A DNA stretch of 44,321 nt from Bacteroidota bacterium (GTDB lineage: Bacteria; Bacteroidota; Bacteroidia; Bacteroidales; FEN-979), in the NCBI GenBank assembly GCA_026391755.1, contig JAPLDN010000273.1:1-44321 (forward strand), written 5' to 3'. Both the position numbers and the translations under genes were made by a program. The notes below the pieces were generated by a model. The model was given only the letters and a program-made list of their open reading frames with translations. It did not search any database and was not told the origin of the DNA. The first letter of the stretch is position 1. Each line of letters starts with the position of its first letter. Positions 26,941-36,100 of this stretch are shown piece after piece.

Positions 26941-26973
26941 ATTTAACTTTGCAACTTCTTGAAAAAGACCCCT

Positions 26974-28050
26974 ATGCCAGATCAACAAAACAACGACTCC
27001 TCATTTAAACTCACGCCGCTTTCGGAAATCGGCGAATTCGGACTGATCGACCGGCTTACGAGTGGTATCAGACTTTACCACAAAGAGACGATAAAAGGTG
27101 TTGGTGATGATGCAGCTGTGATTGATGTAGGTGATAAGGTCATACTGCTTTCAACCGACCTCCTGGTCGAAGGGGTCCACTTCGACATGATGTACACTCC
27201 CCTCAGGCACCTGGGTTATAAATCGGCCGTAGTGAACATTTCAGATATTGCAGCAATGAACGGAATACCCAAACAGCTGACCGTTTCTGTTGCCGCATCC
27301 AGCCGGTTTTCGCTTGAAGCCCTCGAAGAGCTTTACGAAGGCATCAAACTTGCCTGCGACCGCTATAAGGTGGATCTCGTGGGAGGCGATACATCATCCG
27401 GCAACAAAGGCCTTATGATCTCGGTGACCATTCTGGGTGAAGCGAAGAAAGATGAGGTGATCTATCGCAGCGGGGCCAGACCCAACGACCTGCTTTGTGT
27501 GAGCGGGGACCTCGGGAGCGCATATATGGGCCTGCTGTTGCTTGAACGGGAAAAGGCCGTTTTCAAAGCCAATCCGAATATGCAACCCGAACTTGACGGT
27601 TTCGACTACCAGGTTGGCCGTCAGCTCAAACCCGAAGCCCGGACCGATATCCGCGAAACACTGGAAAAACTGGGCGTCAAACCTACTTCTATGATCGACA
27701 TATCCGACGGGCTGGCCTCCGAATCACTCCATCTCTGCAAACAATCGGGAACGGGTTGCAGGATATTCGAAGAGAAGATCCCTATCAATCCCCAGACCCG
27801 GGAACTGGCTATGGAATTCAAACTCATCCCTTCGGTGGCTGCACTTTCGGGAGGCGAGGATTACGAACTGCTCTTTACTATTGACCAGAAGGACTATGAA
27901 AAGATAAAGGACGCTGAGGATATCACCATTATCGGCCATATGACCGATGCTTCTGAAGGCAAGGCCATGGTGACTCCCGACAACAAGCAGGTGGAACTCA
28001 CGGCTCAGGGATGGGACAGCATGAAAATTGAAAAGACAGGGTCATTCTAA
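26974..28050 (+). CDS. thiL: Thiamine-monophosphate kinase
   Basis: It has an AIR-synthase-like N-terminal domain (..GVGDDAAVI..LLSTDLLVEGVHF..) and the motif GGDTS. The ATG at 26974 is preferred over the TTG at 26959. Confidence 0.85.
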   Translation: MPDQQNNDSSFKLTPLSEIGEFGLIDRLTSGIRLYHKETIKGVGDDAAVIDVGDKVILLSTDLLVEGVHFDMMYTPLRHLGYKSAVVNISDIAAMNGIPKQLTVSVAASSRFSLEALEELYEGIKLACDRYKVDLVGGDTSSGNKGLMISVTILGEAKKDEVIYRSGARPNDLLCVSGDLGSAYMGLLLLEREKAVFKANPNMQPELDGFDYQVGRQLKPEARTDIRETLEKLGVKPTSMIDISDGLASESLHLCKQSGTGCRIFEEKIPINPQTRELAMEFKLIPSVAALSGGEDYELLFTIDQKDYEKIKDAEDITIIGHMTDASEGKAMVTPDNKQVELTAQGWDSMKIEKTGSF

Positions 28051-28160
28051 CCTGTAAGCAAAATATAAAGAATTGCTTAGGATTTCACTAATTTTGGTGA
28101 CTGCGGATGTCGTTTTGCAATAATTGAAACAATTCCCGTTTATTGTTAAACCGGAAATTC

Positions 28161-28583
28161 ATGAACAGAAAAGATTTCTTTAAAGTTACAGCAGGGGTGA
28201 TTGCCGGGGTTGCAGTCGGAGGCAGTTTCCTTGAAAGTTGTAAAAAAAGCACTACCGGCCCGCAGGGCCCCGACGTGAATTTTACCATTGACCTGAATGA
28301 CTCAAAATATTCTGCACTATCCTCCTCAGGCGGATACGTGTACGTTCAAGGGGTGATCATTGCCCGGATTAATGATTTTGCCGACGGGTATATTGCCGTG
28401 GCCCAAACCTGCACCCACCAGGGTTGCACGGTTACGTATGCAAGAGGATCCCAAACTTTTGTTTGCCCATGCCACGGAGGCACTTACGATCTGAACGGAA
28501 ATGTTACTGCCGGTCCCCCGCCTTATGCCATCAAACGTTACACTGTTTCAAGAAACGGGAGTAACCTCAGCGTTTCAGGCTGA
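28161..28583 (+). CDS. Rieske [2Fe-2S] domain protein, exported (Tat-like signal plus lipobox)
   Basis: It has the signal MNRKDFFKVTAGVIAG..ESC and the Rieske motifs CTHQGC and CPCHGG. The ATG at 28161 is preferred over the TTG at 28143. Confidence 0.8.
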   Translation: MNRKDFFKVTAGVIAGVAVGGSFLESCKKSTTGPQGPDVNFTIDLNDSKYSALSSSGGYVYVQGVIIARINDFADGYIAVAQTCTHQGCTVTYARGSQTFVCPCHGGTYDLNGNVTAGPPPYAIKRYTVSRNGSNLSVSG

Positions 28584-28606
28584 GCCTGAATAACATTCTA
28601 TCCCTT

Positions 28607-29137
28607 ATGAATCAGAAAAAAACATTTGGCAAACAAAATACTGCTGACCGGCCTCGCATCAGGCCGGCAAAAGAACCCGTCGACTTCCTGCTGGAAATTG
28701 CGGCATTGATACTGGTAGTGGCCCTGGTAGTAATCACAGCCGTAAAATACGCCGGGCTGCCACAGCAGATCCCAACGCATTTCAATGCTTCCGGCCAACC
28801 CGATGATTACAGCCATAAGAGCATGATATGGTTCCTGACGGGCATTGCCTTTGTTATATTCACAGGTCTGAGCGTCCTCAACCGTTTTCCGTACATCTTC
28901 AATTTCCCTGTAAACATTACAACTGAGAACGCCGAACGCTTATACCGGCATGCAACCAGGAGCTTGAGGCTGATCAACCTGCTGACGACCATTATGTTTT
29001 TTTACCTTACCTGGCAATCCATTGCCGTGGCGACGGGAAAAGCCGCCGGCCTGGGAATCTGGTTTCTGCCTGTCACAGTTGGTGCCATTTTCCTGGTTAC
29101 AATATACATGGTGATCAGGATGTACCAACTTAAATAA
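28607..29137 (+). CDS. DUF1648-type membrane protein
   Basis: 176 aa with 4 TM helices and the signature ..LPQQIPTHFNASGQPDDYSHKS... Confidence 0.7.
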   Translation: MNQKKTFGKQNTADRPRIRPAKEPVDFLLEIAALILVVALVVITAVKYAGLPQQIPTHFNASGQPDDYSHKSMIWFLTGIAFVIFTGLSVLNRFPYIFNFPVNITTENAERLYRHATRSLRLINLLTTIMFFYLTWQSIAVATGKAAGLGIWFLPVTVGAIFLVTIYMVIRMYQLK

Positions 29138-29138
29138 A

Positions 29139-30956
29139 GTGAGCGCACTGAATAAATATTTCTCGCAGCTCGAACCCATCATCAGATCGCTTCCGGATAA
29201 ACCGGGAGTATACCAGTATTTCGACGAGAAAAACCGTATCATTTACGTCGGAAAAGCGAAGAACCTGAAAAAAAGGGTCAGCTCATACTTCGTTAAGATC
29301 AATTCGATCAGCGGCAAGGTGCAGATGCTGGTCAGGAAGATTGCCGATATCAAATACATAGTGGTCGCGACAGAACAGGATGCGCTTCTCCTCGAAAACA
29401 ACCTGATCAAGAAATATCGTCCCCATTATAATGTCAGCCTTAAGGATGATAAGACATTCCCGTGGATTTGCATTAAGAACGAGCCATTCCCAAGGGTTTT
29501 CAGCACCCGCACAGTGATCCGCGACGGATCCCTGTACTTCGGGCCATATGCTAATGTCAGGCTCATGCATACTCTGCTGGACCTTACCCGCCAGCTATAC
29601 CCTATCCGAAACTGCAATCTGAAGCTTACCGAAAAAAATATTGAAACCGGGAAGTTCAAGGTTTGCCTGGAGTATCATATCGGAAATTGCAAAGGCCCGT
29701 GCGAGAACAGGCAGAGCGGCTTCGATTACGACCAGAGCATTGCTGCTATTAAAGATATCATTAAAGGGAATATCTCATCGGTCGCCCGCCAGCTTCGGGT
29801 TCTTATGATGCAATATGCTTCTGAGCTTGAGTTCGAGAAGGCCCATATCGTGAAGGAAAAACTTGAACTGCTCGACAAATACCAGAGTAAATCAACGATT
29901 GTGAATCCTTCGATCAATGATGTGGACGTGTTTTCTATTATTGCCGACGGGCTCACAGCTTATGTAAACTATCTGAAGGTCATGAACGGTGCTATCATAC
30001 AGGTTCACACAATAGAATTGCAGAAGAAACTGGATGAAACGCCTGAAGAACTCCTGACCATTGCCATTACGGATATCAGGCAAAGGTTTGAAAGCAATTC
30101 CCCGGAGATCATTTTGCCATTTATGCCCGATTTCGCGATGCCCGGGATCTCGTATACAATCCCTAAGATTGGCGATAAACGTAAGCTGCTCGACCTCTCG
30201 GAAAGAAATGTGAAGTATTACCAGCTTGAAAAAGAAAAGCAGAAAGACCTGGTCGATCCCGAACATAAAAGCAAAAGGATACTGGATACCATGATGAAAG
30301 ATCTCAGGATGCCCGAACTTCCCGTGCACATTGAGTGTTTTGACAATTCCAATATCCAGGGCAGCTTTCCCGTTGCGGCCATGGTCTGCTTTAAAAACGC
30401 CAGGCCCGATAAAAACGAATACAGGCATTTTAATATTAAAACCGTGGAAGGGCCTGATGATTTTGCATCGATGGAAGAGATCATTTACAGGCGTTATAAA
30501 AGGCTGCTGGAAGAAGAAAAACCATTGCCCCAGCTGATTATCGTCGACGGGGGAAAAGGACAACTTAGTTCTGCAATTGGAAGCCTCGAAAAATTGGGGC
30601 TCAAAGGGAAGATCACCATTATTGGTATTGCTAAAAAACTCGAAGAGATCTATTATCCCAACGATCCCCTTCCTATGTACCTCGACAAAAAATCAGAGAC
30701 CCTGAGGGTGATACAGCAACTCCGTGATGAAGCCCATCGTTTTGGCATCACACACCACCGCCGTCGAAGAGAGAAGGCCACCATGGCTCCCCAGCTGATG
30801 GAGATCGATGGTATCGGTTTTACTCTGAACCAGAAACTTCTGTGGAAATTCAAATCGGTGAAAAACATCCGTGCTGCTTCACTTGAAGACTTGCAGGAAA
30901 CGATTGGGAAAGCGAAGGGGAAAGTGGTATGGGAATATTTCCAGAATAAGGAGTGA
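29139..30956 (+). CDS. uvrC: Excinuclease ABC subunit C
   Basis: 605 aa with a GIY-YIG N-terminus (PGVYQYFD..IIYVGKAKNLKKRV), a UVR domain, an endonuclease V-like domain and a C-terminal (HhH)2. It has a GTG start. Confidence 0.95.
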   Translation: MSALNKYFSQLEPIIRSLPDKPGVYQYFDEKNRIIYVGKAKNLKKRVSSYFVKINSISGKVQMLVRKIADIKYIVVATEQDALLLENNLIKKYRPHYNVSLKDDKTFPWICIKNEPFPRVFSTRTVIRDGSLYFGPYANVRLMHTLLDLTRQLYPIRNCNLKLTEKNIETGKFKVCLEYHIGNCKGPCENRQSGFDYDQSIAAIKDIIKGNISSVARQLRVLMMQYASELEFEKAHIVKEKLELLDKYQSKSTIVNPSINDVDVFSIIADGLTAYVNYLKVMNGAIIQVHTIELQKKLDETPEELLTIAITDIRQRFESNSPEIILPFMPDFAMPGISYTIPKIGDKRKLLDLSERNVKYYQLEKEKQKDLVDPEHKSKRILDTMMKDLRMPELPVHIECFDNSNIQGSFPVAAMVCFKNARPDKNEYRHFNIKTVEGPDDFASMEEIIYRRYKRLLEEEKPLPQLIIVDGGKGQLSSAIGSLEKLGLKGKITIIGIAKKLEEIYYPNDPLPMYLDKKSETLRVIQQLRDEAHRFGITHHRRRREKATMAPQLMEIDGIGFTLNQKLLWKFKSVKNIRAASLEDLQETIGKAKGKVVWEYFQNKE

Positions 30957-31003
30957 TGGCGGATGGCAGATATCTGATATCTGATATCTGATATCAGATC
31001 ATT
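30955..31003. repeat. Heptamer tandem array, 7 units of GATRKCN (gatggcg gatggca gatatct x3 gatatca gatcatt)
   Basis: It occupies the whole gap between convergent uvrC and the VanZ gene. Both stop codons (30954-30956 and 30999-31001) touch or lie in the array. There are four GATATC palindromes. Confidence 0.85.
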
Positions 31004-31391
31004 CCTGCCCCAGGAACTCATGCGCCCACAAGGCTATAACAGCCACCATAGCCCCGAAGGTATCTGCAAAGAAATCCTTCCAGTCGGCTGTTCTGAGAGG
31101 GATGACCCAACCCTGGAGAAGTTCTGTTGCCCCACCGATAAATATACTGATGATAAGAGCCCAGATCATTGCATAAGCTCCTACAATACCGGGATTCCCG
31201 GGTTTAAGGAACCCTTTTATCAGTAAGAAAGAAAAAACCATGAATATGAACAGGTGAACAATCTTGTCGGGATGCAGCCTGTCGATCCACATCGGCACCC
31301 TGGGAATAGCATTCCCGGGCATAAGCGTAAGAATCAGGATGAAAAAACCCCAGACTATGCTCCAGCGGTTATTTCTCAGGAAAATGGTCAC
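30999..31391 (-). CDS. VanZ-family membrane protein
   Basis: 130 aa with 4 TM helices, and VanZ-like motifs (..DKIVHLFIFMVF.., ..RTADWKDFFADTFG..). Confidence 0.75.
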   Translation of the reverse strand: MTIFLRNNRWSIVWGFFILILTLMPGNAIPRVPMWIDRLHPDKIVHLFIFMVFSFLLIKGFLKPGNPGIVGAYAMIWALIISIFIGGATELLQGWVIPLRTADWKDFFADTFGAMVAVIALWAHEFLGQE

Positions 31392-31406
31392 GAAAATGTC
31401 AGATGT

Positions 31407-31787
31407 TTACCCCTGAATCTGGGCCTGGTATTGCTCGGGGCTCAGCAGTTCAGCAATTTCATCACTATTGGTGATCTTGATTTTTACAACCCAGCCTTCC
31501 GTATAAGGATCTTTGTTGATAAGCTCAGGTGTGGTTGTAAGTGCCTCATTAAATTCAAGAACTTCCCCTCCGACAGGCATAAACATATCCGATACTGTTT
31601 TCACGGCTTCAATAGTGCCGAATGCTTCATGCTTTTCAAGTATTTCGCCAACGGTTTCAACTTCCATAAACACGATATCTCCAAGTTCATGCTGGGCGAA
31701 GTCTGTAATCCCGATAAAAGCATCTTCTCCATCAATTTTCAGCCATTCATGGTCCTTTGTGAACTTTAAGTTAGCAGGAACGTTCAT
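31407..31787 (-). CDS. gcvH: Glycine cleavage system protein H
   Basis: 126 aa with the N-terminus LKFTKDHEWL and the lipoyl-lysine context IEAVKTVSD. Confidence 0.93.
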   Translation of the reverse strand: MNVPANLKFTKDHEWLKIDGEDAFIGITDFAQHELGDIVFMEVETVGEILEKHEAFGTIEAVKTVSDMFMPVGGEVLEFNEALTTTPELINKDPYTEGWVVKIKITNSDEIAELLSPEQYQAQIQG

Positions 31788-31810
31788 AGTATTCAGATTT
31801 TAAGTTTTTT

Positions 31811-31818
31811 CAAAATTA
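31811..31818 (-). promoter_or_regulatory. Candidate -7 box TAATTTTG for gcvH
   Basis: Minus-strand taattttg is a perfect match to the Bacteroidota TAnnTTTG motif and lies 24 nt upstream of the gcvH ATG. The upstream TTTG is at a non-ideal spacing. Confidence 0.35.
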
Positions 31819-31880
31819 CAATTTTTCTTCCTTCAAAGGCCGGCCTGTCAATAAATTATTGTTACCTGGTTAACAATCCC

Positions 31881-31935
31881 GAATCCAGTTATCTAGTTAT
31901 CCAGTTATCTAGTTATCCAGTTATCCCGTATCCCG
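31881..31935. repeat. Octamer-to-heptamer tandem array (gaatccag ttatctag ttatccag ttatctag ttatccag ttatcccg tatcccg)
   Basis: It starts 2 nt downstream of the stop of the sprA C-terminal ORF (31938-31940) and lies about 95 nt upstream of gcvH. Confidence 0.85.
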
Positions 31936-31937
31936 TT

Positions 31938-33098
31938 TTACTGTGAAAGCGAGAACCTCAGCGCCAATCCGCCTTGTGTATTCGATGTACGGTACTGGTT
32001 CGAGACATAAGGTGTATTAATATCCTTCTTGAAATAGAACTGTATGTTGAACTTCTGGCTCAGGTTATAGTCTGCAGTAAAATTGATATTCAAAACCTGC
32101 TGCCCAATCGAGATCTGGTTGATTTCCTGGTCAACCCGGCGAAGTGTTGTGCGATTTTTTCGTATACTGAAATCCAGTTTAAGGTTCAGATCGCTTTTTG
32201 TCTTTGCTTTCTTCCCTCCTCCCAGTACACCTGAAAAATTCAGTTTTATCCCTTTGATCCTGTATCCGAGGCCAACAATGTATTCACTTGAAGCAACTTC
32301 TGTAAGCTGGTTATTTGAGAAGCTGAAGCTGAGAGCGCGGGAGCGGCGCATCTCAAAATTGGCAAGAAGGCTGTTTATGAAACCAAGGTCAATGCGGATA
32401 AGCGGACTGAATTGTTCATTAATGGTCATGACTCCTATCTGTCGTTCAGGAATGAAATTACCGGCATCATCCAGAACATTCGGATAGCCCCCGGCTTCTC
32501 CGTATTTGATGTTAGATACAAAATTGCTGACGGTATAGGTACAGATGTAAGCATGGGTAATGGTAAGTGTTCGCATGAATGTTTTTATCCAGGGCAGTTT
32601 GGCTAATCCGTCATATGTAATCCTCCAGTTCGGCAGGGGGATAGAAGGGAATGCGGTCAGATTGATCTTTGAAGGATTGCTGCCCTTATAAGCTGCAAGG
32701 AAAGCAGTGGTAAGAACGTCCTGATCAACAGGGCCATAGCCAACCGGGAAACCTGTGGAGTCAACCACCCCTTTGGAATTCGGATTCTGTGCAGCATACC
32801 GGTCGGCGATCTCTTTACGCATCTCTTTGAGTCTCTCAAAGGCAGGAGACACCCCGAATTTATCCTGTTTATCAAAGGCCGTGGCAATCATTATGGTCGA
32901 CATGGTAAAGGTTCCCATCTGTGTGGGAGAGAATGGGTAGAATCCGTCAAGCGAGGGGGACCATTTGTAAAATTCCTGCCTGGTAGTGGAAAAGTTTTTA
33001 ACAGCGTTGATCTCGATCCTGAAATCCTTGAATGGTTCCACCGATACGCTCGCAGTGAAATTCTCAGTAAACTTATTGATATATGCCGTATTCAGCAT
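31938..33098 (-). CDS. sprA: SprA (T9SS translocon) C-terminal segment, separated from the main ORF by a frameshift
   Basis: 386 aa of beta-strand-rich sequence ending ..GGLALRFSLSQ. It is contiguous with the 1971-aa ORF, and together they total about 2360 aa, the usual SprA/Sov size. Its frame is open from 33125. Confidence 0.75.
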   Translation of the reverse strand: MLNTAYINKFTENFTASVSVEPFKDFRIEINAVKNFSTTRQEFYKWSPSLDGFYPFSPTQMGTFTMSTIMIATAFDKQDKFGVSPAFERLKEMRKEIADRYAAQNPNSKGVVDSTGFPVGYGPVDQDVLTTAFLAAYKGSNPSKINLTAFPSIPLPNWRITYDGLAKLPWIKTFMRTLTITHAYICTYTVSNFVSNIKYGEAGGYPNVLDDAGNFIPERQIGVMTINEQFSPLIRIDLGFINSLLANFEMRRSRALSFSFSNNQLTEVASSEYIVGLGYRIKGIKLNFSGVLGGGKKAKTKSDLNLKLDFSIRKNRTTLRRVDQEINQISIGQQVLNINFTADYNLSQKFNIQFYFKKDINTPYVSNQYRTSNTQGGLALRFSLSQ

Positions 33099-33102
33099 GG
33101 TA

Positions 33103-36100
33103 TCACGGGTAATCCATCCTCTTTCCTATAGCCTTCTTAGGTTTCTGGCCTTTCAGTGTATCGGCACTGGCAGTCTTTGCATTTTTATCAGTAAGTTTTC
33201 CAGGTCCCCCCTTATCGTTCTTTTGGTTTTTCTGATTCCCCATATTGATCTTTTTCAGATAAGGGATCTTATTATACAGGTTTACAAAATTCAAATTCCC
33301 GTTCAGTAGCTTGGTACTATTGTTCTCGGCCGTGTTTCCAAAGGTTGGCTGAACAGAAAGGGCGCTTCCTGTCCATCGGTAGCTTCCCTGGTATCCTGCA
33401 GTAAGTGAGATCCAGTCGATAAAAGGTATTTTTGAAAGAGGCAGATCCCATGTAACACTGAATGCCTGGTTGTAATTATTCATGGTTCCGAATGAGAAAA
33501 TCTGGTCCCATACCTGGGAACGGTTTGAGCGGTCGATCACTCCGGGCGGCTCATTGATAAATGCCTGGGCATTGGCTACAAGGCTAACTTTAAAAGATCT
33601 TGCAAAGTCCCATTTCAGGTCATACAGCCTGCTCCAGTTCCAGGTTTTGATATAAAATGTTTCCATAGGAACCATGGCCTGGGTTTTGTTCCTGAACTTC
33701 CGGGTATCGAATTCCCGGTTCATATCGGTCCTGAATGAGAACGATTTGGGCAGGTACGAGAAATTGAAATCCCTGAAAAGTGAAAGGTATTTCGATTGCA
33801 GGAACTTAACTTTGCTCAAAGGAACTACCGACGGGGGAATGGCACTGTAATTATATGCCAGAGCACCCAGGTACTTTTTCTGGAGATCGTACTCGATATC
33901 GACATCCCTGTGAAAGATTTCCGAATATGCATAGCTGATGTTGAAATTCTCAATATCGTATATCTTTGGCTTCCTGCTCAGGTTGGTTTTTTCCTTCCTC
34001 ACATTCATAAGGTTGAAATTCTTCCGGTATGTATATCCCTCGGTGAGCTGCTTTATTGAGTCCTTTTGTGCCTGGGTGTCATAGATCTTCAGAACATCCG
34101 AGAGATACAGGTCAGGGTTAAGAGGATCATATTTCGGGGTATTTTTCTGCATTGAATAATCAAAATGCATTGGGATGCGGATACCTGATTTAGCAGGAAA
34201 GAATTTGCCAAGTTCCAGATCTGTATCAAAGCCAAACATAGTGATGGCTTCCATTGCACGCTCGGTTTGTTTTTGTTCGAGGGAACCAAAGCCGGAGCTT
34301 GAGTAACTTCCTGTAAACTGCACCCGTCCCAGGTCGGCAAGATCCACGGCCAGCCTTGCCGTGGCCGCCCATCCTCCCTGTTTGTTAAATCCTGTAAGAC
34401 GCAACTCATCGACCCAGATCTCGGCACATTTTGCCTGGCCGTCATCATCTTTGTTCTGTCCTCCCTTTTTCGGATTTCTGACGCCGATCATGATGGATTT
34501 GACATCGCTGATGGTGGGCGAGCCTACAATGGTTATCATGTTGGCTCCGTCCATTTCCGAATAAGGGTATGAAAGGCTGACATTAGCCCCGTGCTGGGCC
34601 ATCACCACATAACGGTTATATTTAACCTGTACCAGCCTGTTCAGGTCTATGTTAAACGCATTGGCATCGGGCCAAATGGCATCGGGATTGTTGGCACTTG
34701 TCCCCCAGGGTGTAAAATGGAGCGGGATATCGTATTCATAAAAGTTATCAGTGAAGTCCGATCCTATCCGAATGAACACGGTAAGGTCCCCGGTTTTAAC
34801 ATCCTGGCTTTCGATCGACTTTTCGGCATGTACGAACATGTTAAGGAACTTGAACTGGCGGAAATCGAATTCACAGGTCTTGTAAGCACCGCGTGCATCC
34901 CCATCGACCAGATTGCAAACTTTGAAGGACATGGATTGTTCGTTCAGTTTCTGCATATTGGTCGAACCCCAGTTCGTTTCCCTTTCTATTCCCGGGGGCA
35001 TCACGTATGGGATTGGTTGTTTGCTCCCGTTTTCCTCGATACTTACTGTTGCAATATCAAAGGTGGTCTGGCTTTGTTGATTGTCGGGGATATATTCTCC
35101 CGGTGCCAGCAGAGAGTTGGTATACCTCCTCCATTCGCCCCTTGTGAGTTCAAGGGTTGCAAAACGGCAAACGATGGGTCTTACGAAATTCTTAAAGAAG
35201 ACACGCATAAACCGGATCGAAGTAAAGTCTGAAATATTACCGATGACCTTATCCGGTGTACGGACAGGAATTTTAAACTGGTACCATTTTACAGCCCCTC
35301 TCTGACCGTTGGCCAGAGGGATATTTGTTGCATAATACACGTTATTGATATAGTTCATCCCTGCCTGCATCTGGTCACGGCGCAAGTGCACTATGTATTG
35401 GTAATAGCGTTCAGCTTCACTGAGAGTGTTGTCTTTATTGATATCTTCGACATTAGGAATTGTGGTTGCGAGTGTCGGGTATGATTCAGGAGACTGAGAC
35501 TGGGTTGGTGAATTACCTTCAGGACCGTTGAACATTTTATACCTCTCTAAAACACTGCTGTACTGAGGGTCATTGTCATAATCGGTGCCTCTGAAATAGT
35601 GATAATCGTCGCCGGAAGGGTCAGCCGATGCATTTTTAAATGCCTGGGAACCTGAGCCGAAAGCTCCCCTTACCTTGCTTACATAAATGGTGTCGAAGAA
35701 TGTCCGCTCATCGGCATCCATCAGTCCGTCATACCCGACATCCTGGTATGGCCTTGAAGCGGGGTCGTTATCAAAAGCGTCGACCAGCGCCTGCAATCTT
35801 GGGACACGACCCCAGATGGTCGTATCAACAATCGCTTCCCCTGTCGCATCCCTTGTTGAAGCGGTGGTGGGCAGCCCGTTTTCATAACTTTTCCTCCCAT
35901 CCCTGAGGATATCTTCGGAAACATCCCCGAGGTTGAAATATAATTCCCCCGAATTGGTGGAATCATAGGCAAAGGGATCCATCATCCAGAATTCAATATA
36001 CTGAACATTGGCGGCATCAAAGTCGGTGGTTTCAATTCTCCGCATAATCCCTCCCCATCTTGTCTCAGGAAAAGCGAGGGTCCCTTCCTGGGTAAGTCCT

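Noticed and set aside
26802-26973. A TPP riboswitch upstream of thiL.
   Set aside because: No CTGAGA / ACCTGATCTGGATAATGCCAGCG-like core is present. The region is accounted for by the REP-like hairpin and T-tract.
28055-28079. A hairpin TAAGCAA-N11-TTGCTTA after thiL, considered as a terminator.
   Set aside because: The 7-bp stem is AT-rich, the loop is 11 nt, and there is no U-tract. It is too weak to call.
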